64,000 nt of DNA from an uncultured delta proteobacterium (GTDB lineage: Bacteria > Desulfobacterota > Binatia > UBA9968), in NCBI GenBank assembly GCA_963771465.1, contig CAVYTU010000018.1, forward strand, positions 64,001 to 128,000, given 5' to 3'. The notes under the pieces were generated by a model. That model made no database searches, had not been told where the DNA came from, and worked only from the letters and a program-made list of their open reading frames with translations. The translations under genes were made by a program, and so were the position numbers. Shown here in pieces: positions 10,754 through 19,877 of this stretch; the stretch's first letter is position 1, and each line of letters starts with the position of its first letter.

Positions 10754-11941
10754 ATGATTCGAGCTGGAGTGGGGCAGTCGAGCGACGTTTCGACCGCGCG
10801 GGCAGCGGCGGCGGCGATTGAGCAGGCGTTTGCGCAAGCGGGCACTCGACATGCGGACGCAGCGCTGGTCTTTTTTAGCGCCGAACATGGCGCGCCCGCA
10901 AGCGAATTGCCCGAAACCATTCGTCGGTTGGCTGGAACGGATCAAATTGCCGGCTGCAGCGCTGCCGGTGTGCTCACGGCGAACGGAGAAGTGGAAGGCG
11001 AACGCGGGCTTGCCGTGATGGTGTTGTCGTCGGATCAGCTTGAGTGTCGGCCATTGATGTTTAAGCCGCTGCGTGAACACGATGGCATTATTGGCGCCGA
11101 ACTCGCGGCGATCGCGGCGCCGACGGAAGCCTCGGGTTCGCTCCTGGCGCTGTTTCCTGATACTTACAACGGCCAGCCGCAGCGGCTGTTAGAAAGCCTT
11201 CATGACGAACGCGGATTTAGTCCCGTGGTCGGCGCCGGCGCGTCGGAAAATGGCACGGCGCAGGCGACCTATCAGCTGAGCAGCACAGGCGTGACCAGCA
11301 ACGCCGTGGCGGGCATGTATTTTAACGGCTCGTTTCAAACTCACATCGAAATTACCCAGGGTTGCCAGCCGATCACCGACTCGATGGTGATCACCAAAGC
11401 GGAACGAAATCTTATCTATGAGATCAACGAGCGGCCCGCGCTGGAAGTGTTTGCCGGCTTGCTCAAGGGGCCGCTCGCCGACGATCTGCGCCGCGCGCTG
11501 ATGGTCTTGTTCGTCGGCTTGCCGGCGGACCGCTTGATCAATAGCGTGGCGCCGGGCAAATATTTGATTCGCAACATCATCGGTATCGATCCCGACAAAG
11601 GCATACTCGGCGTCGCCGAAGCCGTGACCGAAGGCGAGTCGATTATTTTTGCCATGCGCGACGGCCAGCGCGCGCGCGACGACTTAAATCAAATGTTGCA
11701 ACGGCAGGTCAACAATCTCGGCGGGAGAAAGCCAGCCTTCGGCTTTTACTTCAATTGCTGCGCCCGCGGCAGCTCGCTCTACGGCATTCCCGGCATCGAT
11801 TCCGCTTACATCAAGCAGGCGCTCGGCGATTTTCCCTTGATCGGCATGTTCGGCGGCTATGAACTGGCGCCGCTCGGGCGCGCTAACCATTTATTCGCCT
11901 ATACCGGCGTGCTGGCGTTGATTACCGGCGAGGACGGCTGA
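10754..11941 (+). CDS. FIST N/C domain signal-transduction protein (NosP-like family)
   Basis: IAGCSAAGVL, VVGAGAS, TQGCQPI, EINERPALE, YLIRNIIGID, FNCCARG, GMFGGYEL. Start placed at ATG 10754. Confidence 0.88.
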   Translation: MIRAGVGQSSDVSTARAAAAAIEQAFAQAGTRHADAALVFFSAEHGAPASELPETIRRLAGTDQIAGCSAAGVLTANGEVEGERGLAVMVLSSDQLECRPLMFKPLREHDGIIGAELAAIAAPTEASGSLLALFPDTYNGQPQRLLESLHDERGFSPVVGAGASENGTAQATYQLSSTGVTSNAVAGMYFNGSFQTHIEITQGCQPITDSMVITKAERNLIYEINERPALEVFAGLLKGPLADDLRRALMVLFVGLPADRLINSVAPGKYLIRNIIGIDPDKGILGVAEAVTEGESIIFAMRDGQRARDDLNQMLQRQVNNLGGRKPAFGFYFNCCARGSSLYGIPGIDSAYIKQALGDFPLIGMFGGYELAPLGRANHLFAYTGVLALITGEDG

Positions 11942-12061
11942 AGTACCATTTTCGATTGTGAATTGTCGGAAAAAAGCTTCAGCCGACCGGGCAGTCTTCC
12001 TCCCCTATCTCAAAAGCGGCCCCGCCGACAAAAATTCAAAATTGTTGGGTGGAGAGGTGGC

Positions 12062-13888
12062 TCAGCGTCCGACGCGCTTACGTTTGTTGTTGAGATAGTC
12101 GACCATTATGTAGTTGCCCATCTGGTCGGGGGTGGTGTAGAAGACCCGGCCGGTATTCATGCGTGAAAGCTGATCGACAAACCCCTGGCGGTAGTAATCG
12201 GCGCCGAGCATAAACGTGTTGATCGTGATGCCGCTCTGGGTGCAGCGCTTCACTTCCTTGAGTGTCTCGTGCACGATGCGGCCGTGCAGCATCGCCGAGC
12301 CCCAGCCACTGTGCAGACGGCCACCGCGATCAAGGGTCGCTGCGGTGGGCTCGCCGTCAGTGATCAAAATGATCTGCCGGTTGGCCGACCGATTCGTGCC
12401 CAGAAGCTGACGCGCAAAACGGAGCGCCTCCTTGATGTCGGTGCCATGCTCCATGAAATAGGTTAGCGAGACGATCGACGGCAGATCCTCGGCTTGAATG
12501 AGTTTGGCGTTGGAGCGAAAAGCGACCAGGTGCAAGGTGTCTTGCGGATATTTCGTTTGAATCAAGCGATGCAGCGCCAGGGCGACTTTCTTGCCCGCGT
12601 GGAGCGCGTCGTTCATCAACATCGAGTAGCTCACGTCAATCAACAACGCGGTTTCGGCGACCGTCGAATACTCGACCCGGTGCACGGAAAAATCTTCCGG
12701 ATGAATTCTCAGCGGCTCGCCTGGCTTGCGTCTCTCTAACGCATTGAGCACGGTCTCGCTGATATTGATGTTCATCGGGTCGCCATACTCGTAGAGTTTG
12801 GTTTCTTCCATGTGCTCGCCCTGGGCGCCGCGCGCCGACGTGTTGTGGTTCCCCCAGCGGCTTTTGTTGAGCATCTGAAAGATTTCGCGCAGCGCCTTGT
12901 CACCGATTTTGCGCATGCCTTTCGCCGTCAGCTTTAGACCGTGGCTGCCGCGCATGATGTAACCGTCGTCTTCGAGCATCTGCTCGACGTTCTGTAGATA
13001 TTTCAGATTCTCATAAGCTTCCTCGCCGAGCAGATCACGCAGCTCGTCGAGATTGAGCTCCGACGGATCGCCCATGCCGCGTTGTCCCCAACGCAAAAAC
13101 CGTTCGAGGCCGCGCATTTGGCTCAATATCTGTCCCGCTTCGCCCATGCCCATGCGTTGCGAACCTTGGAACGGGAACTGGTTCATCAGCTGTTCCAGCT
13201 GCTGCATTTGGCTCATCATCTCGCTCATCTGCTGCAGCTGCTCCTCGGTCATGTTGGCCATGTTTTCCAACATGCTTTCGAGGTTGTTGATGGCGTTGTC
13301 CATCATGCTCGGCAAATTGTTGAGAAAGTTCTCGTCTTTCAACAACTCGTTCATGCGGTCGAGCATGTCCATCAGCGACTGCGGATTCTGGCCGCCCATA
13401 TTCGATTGGCCCTGCGGCATGCCGCGCTCGTTGATCTGATTTTGCAGACGCTGCTGCAATTCTTGATAACGCTGATACGCCTCCTGCATCTTCTGATTCA
13501 TCTCGTCCATGCGGTCGGCGAACTTGCCCGACATGCGCTCCATGAAGTTGCGCATCTGTTCGTTGTAGGCTTCCATCTTCTCGGCGAGCTTGGCGAGTTT
13601 TTCGCTCAGCGCTTGCTGCTCTTCGGGTGTGAGCTTAAAAGAATCCGGGGAATATTTATTGAGCAGCTCGCGACGCTTCTCGTCGGCTTGGCGCAGGAAA
13701 TCGCGCATGCCTTTGACCGAACGCTGGCCGTCCTCTGAAGTGAAACCACGGCGCATCAGATCGCGCAGCGCGCGCCGGACGCCTTCTTCCTCGAGCAGGT
13801 GGTCAGAGAGCTGGTTGAGAATATCGTTGGTCGTCGGGAATAGAACCTGCTGCGTGCCGTCCCAATCGGTATAGCGATGAATTCTCAT
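12062..13888 (-). CDS. vWA domain protein with long helical N-terminal region
   Basis: HRYTDWDGTQ N-terminus, LTAKGMRKIGDKAL, complete MIDAS (DVSYS, GTD, ITDGEP). Confidence 0.88.
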   Translation of the reverse strand: MRIHRYTDWDGTQQVLFPTTNDILNQLSDHLLEEEGVRRALRDLMRRGFTSEDGQRSVKGMRDFLRQADEKRRELLNKYSPDSFKLTPEEQQALSEKLAKLAEKMEAYNEQMRNFMERMSGKFADRMDEMNQKMQEAYQRYQELQQRLQNQINERGMPQGQSNMGGQNPQSLMDMLDRMNELLKDENFLNNLPSMMDNAINNLESMLENMANMTEEQLQQMSEMMSQMQQLEQLMNQFPFQGSQRMGMGEAGQILSQMRGLERFLRWGQRGMGDPSELNLDELRDLLGEEAYENLKYLQNVEQMLEDDGYIMRGSHGLKLTAKGMRKIGDKALREIFQMLNKSRWGNHNTSARGAQGEHMEETKLYEYGDPMNINISETVLNALERRKPGEPLRIHPEDFSVHRVEYSTVAETALLIDVSYSMLMNDALHAGKKVALALHRLIQTKYPQDTLHLVAFRSNAKLIQAEDLPSIVSLTYFMEHGTDIKEALRFARQLLGTNRSANRQIILITDGEPTAATLDRGGRLHSGWGSAMLHGRIVHETLKEVKRCTQSGITINTFMLGADYYRQGFVDQLSRMNTGRVFYTTPDQMGNYIMVDYLNNKRKRVGR

Positions 13889-13897
13889 TTGTCACCG

Positions 13898-13925
13898 ACT
13901 ATAGCGCAGTTTGGGATTCTGTCAA
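13898..13925 (-). promoter_or_regulatory. Putative sigma70 promoter of the vWA gene
   Basis: Minus strand TTGACA, 16-nt spacer, TATAGT, ending 9 nt before the ATG at 13888. Confidence 0.55.
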
Positions 13926-14025
13926 AGCCCAAGTGGCGTATTGGCGCCGCCGCTTTGGCGTCCTTCTTGCGCCCTTTGGAATTGCTCGCAACTTCATATA
14001 AATAATGACTCAATATTGGAGCACA

Positions 14026-15135
14026 ATGAAGGACTTTGACTATGTCATCATCGGCGCGGGATTTGCGGGGGCGGCGACCGCTTATCATTTGGCGCGTGCC
14101 GGCGTGAGCCGGATCTTGCTCGTGGAACAAGAGAGCATCCCAGGGTTTCATTCGTCGGGACGTAACGCGGCGATGCTGCGCCAATGCGTATCCGAGCCGG
14201 ATCTCACCGACCTGGCGCGTGCCGGCGCGGCGTTTATTCATCATCAACCGACCGATTGGCCGGAGCCAGTGTCATTCAAACAAAATGGCTCGCTGCTCCT
14301 CGCCAGCGACGCCGGCTGGGACAAGCTCCAGCGCGATGCCGAGATTGGCCGGCAATCCGGTATCGGCGGTATCGAGCTGTGGACCCCCGACCAGGCAAAA
14401 CGCCATGTGCCGCTGCTCAAGCAGGCCGAGTTCGACGGGGCGTTGTGGTGCAGCACGGACGGTATCGTCGACATCCACGCGCTGCTTTCGGGTTATTTAA
14501 AATACGCCGCCGGCAAGGGTGCTGAGATTCGTTACAATTGCGCGGTTCAAGCGGTGAACCATAATGGCGGTGATATCGAGATATCGACGAATACCGGCGT
14601 CGCCAAAGCCAAGGTGTTGGTCAACGCCAGCGGCGCCTGGGCCAATGTTGTGGCGAGATTGGCCGGCGCCACCGAGTTGCCGCTCAAACCTTGCCGGCGC
14701 CATTTGTTTGTCTCGCCGCCGCTCGATTGGGTCGATCGCTCCTGGCCGTTTGTCTGGGACGTCTCGCACGATATTTATTTTCGTCCGGAAGGCGATGGTT
14801 TGTTGCTCTGCGCCTGCGATCAGACTGAGTTGGCTCCCGGCGATCCGCCGGTGGACGAAAGCGTCAGGGAAATGCTGGCGGAAAAGATCGACCGTTACAT
14901 GCCGGCGCTGGGCGATGTCAGTATCGCCAAAGGTTGGGCCGGTATTCGCACGCTGACACCGGATGGCCGTTTCGTCATCGGCTGGGACCCGCAGGTGGAT
15001 AATTTCTTTTGGGTGGCTGGACTTGGCGGTCATGGGATGACCACCAGCGCGGCGGTGGGCGAGCTGGCGGCGCAGTTGCTGATCGGTGGGCGCGGAAAAA
15101 AATCGGCGCCGTTTGCGCCGGAGAGATTCGCCTGA
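14026..15135 (+). CDS. FAD-dependent oxidoreductase (DAO/glycine oxidase/sarcosine oxidase beta family)
   Basis: IIGAGFAGAATA, SSGRNAA, VNASGAWA, WAGIRTLTPDGRFVIG, GLGGHGMT. Confidence 0.9.
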   Translation: MKDFDYVIIGAGFAGAATAYHLARAGVSRILLVEQESIPGFHSSGRNAAMLRQCVSEPDLTDLARAGAAFIHHQPTDWPEPVSFKQNGSLLLASDAGWDKLQRDAEIGRQSGIGGIELWTPDQAKRHVPLLKQAEFDGALWCSTDGIVDIHALLSGYLKYAAGKGAEIRYNCAVQAVNHNGGDIEISTNTGVAKAKVLVNASGAWANVVARLAGATELPLKPCRRHLFVSPPLDWVDRSWPFVWDVSHDIYFRPEGDGLLLCACDQTELAPGDPPVDESVREMLAEKIDRYMPALGDVSIAKGWAGIRTLTPDGRFVIGWDPQVDNFFWVAGLGGHGMTTSAAVGELAAQLLIGGRGKKSAPFAPERFA

Positions 15136-15148
15136 GGATGGAGTCAAG

Positions 15149-15532
15149 ATGCGTTGGAGTATTGGAGTAATGGAGCGTCGGACTAATGGCAAGATCAAAA
15201 TAGCCGCCGCGATGATTGCGTTGGCGGGTTGGTTCATGGCGCATGGCATTTGCCAAGCGGCGCAACCGGCCAAAGTGAGAATCTCTTATTCGAGCCGGAG
15301 CAACTCGATCACGCCGTTTCAGATCGCCCTCAACAAAGGCTTTTTCGCCGAGGAAGGTTGGGACGTGGAGATGATTCAGGTCAATCCACGGTTCGGCGCC
15401 ATTTCGCTCAGCCGCAACGGCGAGATCACCGATCATGAATGGGATATGCTGACGGAAAAAAGGAAGCCGGTGGACGAGGTGCGCGACTTCACGCTGCTGC
15501 GGGACGTGCAAAAAGAATTGAAACTACGTTAG
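15149..15532 (+). pseudogene. Internally deleted NMT1/SsuA-type solute-binding protein
   Basis: Signal peptide and KVRISYSSRS...IALNKGFFAEEGWDVEMIQV joined in frame to the C-terminal DEVRDFTLLRDVQKELK. About 200 aa of the core is missing. Start uncertain. Confidence 0.7.
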
Positions 15533-15566
15533 TGCTGAAGCGCTGTCGCAAGCGAGGAGCAAGACC

Positions 15567-16340
15567 ATGAATATCGAGCGCGGCAAGAAATATTCGCCGC
15601 AAGAAGCCAAGGCGATCGTCGACGGACTTTATGCTAATGTCCGCGAGCGCTGGGAGGAGCGGGTCAATCAACAGCCGTTCATGCAGCAGTTGATGGGGGG
15701 GAAGTTACCGCTTCGGACCTTGCAGATTTTTTTTCGCAACTGGGGCGCCTATACCATCGAGATCAACACGCTGACCGCTTGCACCTATCATCGCAACATT
15801 ACTTTTTTGAAAGTGAACCGCGACCTCATGGGACCCATCGGCGAGAAGATCGCCGACGAGTTCATCCATCCCAAGCCGCCGGGCCATTTCCTGGTGATGA
15901 TGGAAACGGCAAAAGCGTTTGGCTTGAGCGAAGATGAAGTGTTCACTTCGTCGATGCTGTCGGAGTTCCGCGGCAAGATCGATTTCATGCGCGGCATCGT
16001 TTACGAGGGTAGCGCGGCCGAGTGGTATGCGGCGGTGACGACCGAGGAGCAAATCGGCCATTGGTCGGCGGCTTGTTACAAAGCGCTGACGACACACTAC
16101 GGCTTTGACCGCGCCAAGGCGACATACTTTGCAACTCACGTCGAAGCCGACCTCGAAGAGCATGAAGCAGGAGTGATGGGTCATGCCAGCTTCAACCGCA
16201 TGGCCTTGCAACGTTTGTTGGAAACCGGCATGGCCGATGAGCGGCCCACTTATGGCTTGGAATACTGCGCCATGACTTCGGTGGATTTGCACGGTGCGAT
16301 GCTGCGCTCGGCGTTGGAAGAGGCGGAGCGAGGGAATTAA
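15567..16340 (+). CDS. Heme-oxygenase-like diiron oxidase (HDO; CADD/PqqC/TenA fold)
   Basis: PFMQQLMGGKL N-terminus, DE-x8-H (DEFIHPKPPGH), TTEE, YFATHVEAD...H. Confidence 0.8.
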   Translation: MNIERGKKYSPQEAKAIVDGLYANVRERWEERVNQQPFMQQLMGGKLPLRTLQIFFRNWGAYTIEINTLTACTYHRNITFLKVNRDLMGPIGEKIADEFIHPKPPGHFLVMMETAKAFGLSEDEVFTSSMLSEFRGKIDFMRGIVYEGSAAEWYAAVTTEEQIGHWSAACYKALTTHYGFDRAKATYFATHVEADLEEHEAGVMGHASFNRMALQRLLETGMADERPTYGLEYCAMTSVDLHGAMLRSALEEAERGN

Positions 16341-16345
16341 GAGAT

Positions 16346-16433
16346 TAACCACAAGGTTCGGACACGGAAATTTAACCGCAAAGCTTGTCCTGAGCAAATG
16401 TGAAGGAACTGGCATCGCGCAAAGAACGCAAAG
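16346..16433. repeat. Degenerate intergenic repeat (AACCACAAGG/AACCGCAAAG, GCGCAAAGAACGCAAAG) with a REP-like CTTGTCCTGAGC...GAAGGA insert
   Basis: Short direct repeats between the HDO stop and the DapA RBS. Confidence 0.45.
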
Positions 16434-16455
16434 CGAAAAAACTTCGGAGGTTTCC

Positions 16456-17382
16456 ATGATGGAACAAGTTAGAGGCGTGGTGCTGCCGAGTCCGACGGTG
16501 TTTCGCGAGGATGGCAGTGTCGATGAGACGTTGATGCGCGAGCTGACCGACTGGTTTGTCGCTTGCGGCGTGCATGCATTCTTTGTTCTCGGTTCTTACG
16601 GTCAGGGGCCGGCGCTCCATCCGGCGGAACGCAAGAAGGTTGCCGAAATTATCGTCCAGCAAGTGAAGCATCGGGTGCCTGTGGTCGTGCACATCGGCGC
16701 GGTGGATCCGTTTACGGCGATCGAACTCGGCAAACATGCCCAATCGATCGGCGCCGAAGCGGTCGGCCATGTCGGGCCTTATTACTACGCCGACCGTTCG
16801 GAGTATGAAATTATCGAGCATTTGAAGATGGTCGACCGCGCCCTCGGCATGCCGATGCTGATTTATAACAACCCGCGTTATTCCGGTTACAACATTCATC
16901 CGTCGTTCATGGCGAAATTGATCGAAGCGGTGCCGAATATTTTCGGCGCCAAGCTCGCCATGGGCAGTGTCGACGAAGCGATGGCTTATATGAAATTCGT
17001 CAAGGCGCCGTTCGCCCCTTACGCGCTGGCGAGCAATCTGGTCTCGGCCATGTCGGTGGGCGTCGCCGGCACGATCAGCCCGCCGCTGGCGGTGACGCCG
17101 GAGATCGGTGTCGCACTAGTTCGCGCCATCGATGCCGGCGACGCGGCGCGTGCATTGGCGCTGCAAAAAGACGTGATTCGTATCCACGATATATTTCTCC
17201 GTCTCGCCGGCCCGTTCGGCCGGACGATTTACTGTGAAGCGATGCGGCTGCGCGGCTTTGACGTGAAAATGTATCCGCGCTGGCCGTCCAAGCCGCTCAG
17301 CCGGGAAGCATATGATGAGCTGCACGATTTATTCACCGAGTTAAAAATTATCGGCACCCCGGCGCAGGCAAAGAGCGCGTGA
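16456..17382 (+). CDS. Dihydrodipicolinate synthase (DapA/NAL) family class I aldolase/lyase
   Basis: PTVFREDGSVD, LGSYGQ, VPVVVHIG, IYNNP (Tyr), FGAKLA (Schiff-base Lys). RBS GGAGG before 16456. Confidence 0.88.
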   Translation: MMEQVRGVVLPSPTVFREDGSVDETLMRELTDWFVACGVHAFFVLGSYGQGPALHPAERKKVAEIIVQQVKHRVPVVVHIGAVDPFTAIELGKHAQSIGAEAVGHVGPYYYADRSEYEIIEHLKMVDRALGMPMLIYNNPRYSGYNIHPSFMAKLIEAVPNIFGAKLAMGSVDEAMAYMKFVKAPFAPYALASNLVSAMSVGVAGTISPPLAVTPEIGVALVRAIDAGDAARALALQKDVIRIHDIFLRLAGPFGRTIYCEAMRLRGFDVKMYPRWPSKPLSREAYDELHDLFTELKIIGTPAQAKSA

Positions 17383-17401
17383 TGCCAGAATTCGAAAAAC
17401 G

Positions 17402-18337
17402 ATGAAACAGTTGGTTTTTCTTACTCTGCTGCTGTTGAATCTCGCCACCGCCGACGCCGCACTTGCGCAAGAGCGCGTTCGCATGGCGTTGTCCGTGCGC
17501 AACGTGGTTTTCCTGCCGTTCTATTACGCGCGCGATCTCAAGATCTTCGACAGGCACGGCATGAATGTCGAGCTGATCCAGATGCGCAGCGACTTGCAGA
17601 TGGCCGGCTTGGTGTCGGGCGAGATCGATTACACGCCGGCAATCGGACCGGCGACTTATCCGGTGGCCAATGGCGCGCCGATCAAGGGCGTGGCGGTGCT
17701 TTACAAAGCGCCGCTGTTTTCTCTGGTGAGTTCGCCGAGCATTACCACTGCTAGGGAACTCGAAGGCAAGAAGGTTGCCGTGTCGCGCATTGGATCGGAT
17801 AGCCATCGCTTCGGTTCGCAGATGCTCGAACTCGGCGGCGCCGACCCCAAGAAGGTTACGTTCATTCAGACCGGCAACACCACCGTGAGTCTGACTTCGT
17901 TGCAACAAGGCGTGGTCAACGGCGCGGTGCTCAGTCCGCCGTTCACCGGCATCGTCGCCGAAAAGGGCTACCGAGTCCTGGTGCGCAGCCGGCAACTGAT
18001 CGATTCGCCTTGGCTGGGTTTAGTCGCGAACAAACATAAATTGGAAAAGCAGCCGGAGCAGGCACGCAACATGTTGCGCTCGATGCGCGATGTCATCGCC
18101 GCGATCCGGCGTGATAAACCGGCAGTGGTGAATTACATCGTCAAGAATTTCAATGTCAGCGTGGCCAACGCCACCGAGTCTTACGACGATATCGCCGGCG
18201 TGATCATCGATACGATGAGTATGCGCGATGAGCAGATGCAAAAGTATCTCGACGGCTTCCACCAACGCGGCGAGTTGCCCAAGCCGGTGAGCGCCAGCGA
18301 GATGTTCGACTTTTCGCTGCTGCGCAGCTTGAAATGA
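17402..18337 (+). CDS. NMT1/SsuA-type ABC solute-binding protein
   Basis: Signal peptide, IFDRHGMNVELI, LEGKKVAVSRIGS, EMFDFSLL C-terminus. Confidence 0.88.
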   Translation: MKQLVFLTLLLLNLATADAALAQERVRMALSVRNVVFLPFYYARDLKIFDRHGMNVELIQMRSDLQMAGLVSGEIDYTPAIGPATYPVANGAPIKGVAVLYKAPLFSLVSSPSITTARELEGKKVAVSRIGSDSHRFGSQMLELGGADPKKVTFIQTGNTTVSLTSLQQGVVNGAVLSPPFTGIVAEKGYRVLVRSRQLIDSPWLGLVANKHKLEKQPEQARNMLRSMRDVIAAIRRDKPAVVNYIVKNFNVSVANATESYDDIAGVIIDTMSMRDEQMQKYLDGFHQRGELPKPVSASEMFDFSLLRSLK

Positions 18338-18391
18338 CCTCGACTCGGGCCACGCATTCTGAGATCGACACCAGTCAAGGAACCAGCACCA

Positions 18392-19861
18392 ATGGCCATC
18401 ACCACGCATGAACATGGCGGCCACGGCGATCACGGCCATGATCACGAAGGCGCGGTCGGGCCGCACACGCATCTGACCAGCGTCGGCATCGACATCGGTT
18501 CGTCGACCTCGCACCTGATGTTCTCTCAGCTGCTGATCGGCTATCCCTCGGTGCTGCAACGAAAGCCGATGGTGCTCGAACGCAACGTGATCGCGCGCTC
18601 GCCGATTCTACTGACGCCGTTTTCCGGTGATTGGAACATCGAAGCCGGACCGCTCATGCGATTGGTCGATGCGACGTTTGACGAAGCGGGCTTGACGCGG
18701 GCCGATATCGATACCGGCGCGGTGATTATCACCGGCGAGGCGGCGCGGCGCGATAACGCGGCGAAGATCGCCCAGCTGTTTGCCGACGAGAGCGGGAAAT
18801 TTGTCTGCGCCACGGCCGGGCCGACGTTGGAAACGATCATGGCGGCCCATGGTTCGGGCGCAGTGCAGCAGAGCCGCGAGCTGGGATTGACGTTGCTCAA
18901 TATCGACGTGGGCGGCGGCACGACCAAGATTAGCTTGATCCAGGAAGGCAAAATTCGCGGCACCACGGCGGTCAACATCGGCGCGCGCTTAGTGGCGTAT
19001 AACGGCGCTGGGGAAATGATCCGCTTGGAAAAAGGCGGGCGGCGCTTTCTCGCCGCACTCGGAGAGCATCTCGACTTTGGCGCCAAGGTGTCGCCAGCAT
19101 TGCGCGAAGCGCTCGCGAGCCGCATGGCTCATGCGCTGTTCCATGCGCTGACGACGGGGAAGCCGCCTTGGGATGATTTTTTCGTTTCTCCCAGACTGGC
19201 AACGTTGCCGAAGATCGACGGCATTCTTTTTTCCGGCGGCGTGTCGGAATATATTTACGCGCGCGAGCGCGATTCATTCGGCGATCTCGGGCCCTATCTT
19301 GGCCGGCAAATCAGACGCGAAGCGGAGCAGCGCGGCTTTACGATTCTCGAAGCGGGCGAAGGTATTCGAGCCACCGTGATCGGGGCGTCGCAATACACCG
19401 TACAGTTGAGCGGCGAAACCATCTTCGTGCCGCATAATTTACGACTGCCGGTGCGCAATCTCCGCGTCTTTGTGGTTCACGCGAGCTGGGAAGAGCCGGT
19501 GGCCGAGCGAGTCGAGCAGGCGGTGATGCAGATTCTCGGCGAGCGCGATCCTGAAGTGCGCGGCGCGCCATTTGCGCTGGCGTTTTCAACCCCGCCGTTC
19601 GTCGGTTACGGCGCAGTGCAAAACATGGCTCAGGGCATCGACCGCGCCTTTGCGCGCCTTGACCATGATGACCGGCCGGCGGCGTTGGTTTTTGGCCAAA
19701 ACGTCGGCCAAGTGGTCGGTGGCATGCTTTCGGCGAAATGGAGCATGCCTTGTATAGACGAGGTGATACTGTCGGAGTTGGACTTCATCGATATCGGCGA
19801 GGTGGTTCCGGAAGAAGGCTTTGTGCCGGTGGTGATCAAGAGTTTGGCGTTTGGAGTATGA
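18392..19861 (+). CDS. eutA: EutA-like ASKHA ATPase (reactivase family) with His-rich N-terminus
   Basis: SVGIDIGSSTSHLMFS, SPILLTP, TGAVIITGEAARRDNA, FVCATAGP, NIDVGGGTTK, FSGGVSE, IRATVIGASQYT, DFIDIG, VPVVIKSL. Confidence 0.88.
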   Translation: MAITTHEHGGHGDHGHDHEGAVGPHTHLTSVGIDIGSSTSHLMFSQLLIGYPSVLQRKPMVLERNVIARSPILLTPFSGDWNIEAGPLMRLVDATFDEAGLTRADIDTGAVIITGEAARRDNAAKIAQLFADESGKFVCATAGPTLETIMAAHGSGAVQQSRELGLTLLNIDVGGGTTKISLIQEGKIRGTTAVNIGARLVAYNGAGEMIRLEKGGRRFLAALGEHLDFGAKVSPALREALASRMAHALFHALTTGKPPWDDFFVSPRLATLPKIDGILFSGGVSEYIYARERDSFGDLGPYLGRQIRREAEQRGFTILEAGEGIRATVIGASQYTVQLSGETIFVPHNLRLPVRNLRVFVVHASWEEPVAERVEQAVMQILGERDPEVRGAPFALAFSTPPFVGYGAVQNMAQGIDRAFARLDHDDRPAALVFGQNVGQVVGGMLSAKWSMPCIDEVILSELDFIDIGEVVPEEGFVPVVIKSLAFGV

Positions 19862-19877
19862 CCGAGAAGGAGGACCT

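Noticed and set aside
18392-19861. Ethanolamine utilisation or microcompartment locus
   Set aside because: No eutB/eutC, shell proteins or aldehyde dehydrogenase in the window.
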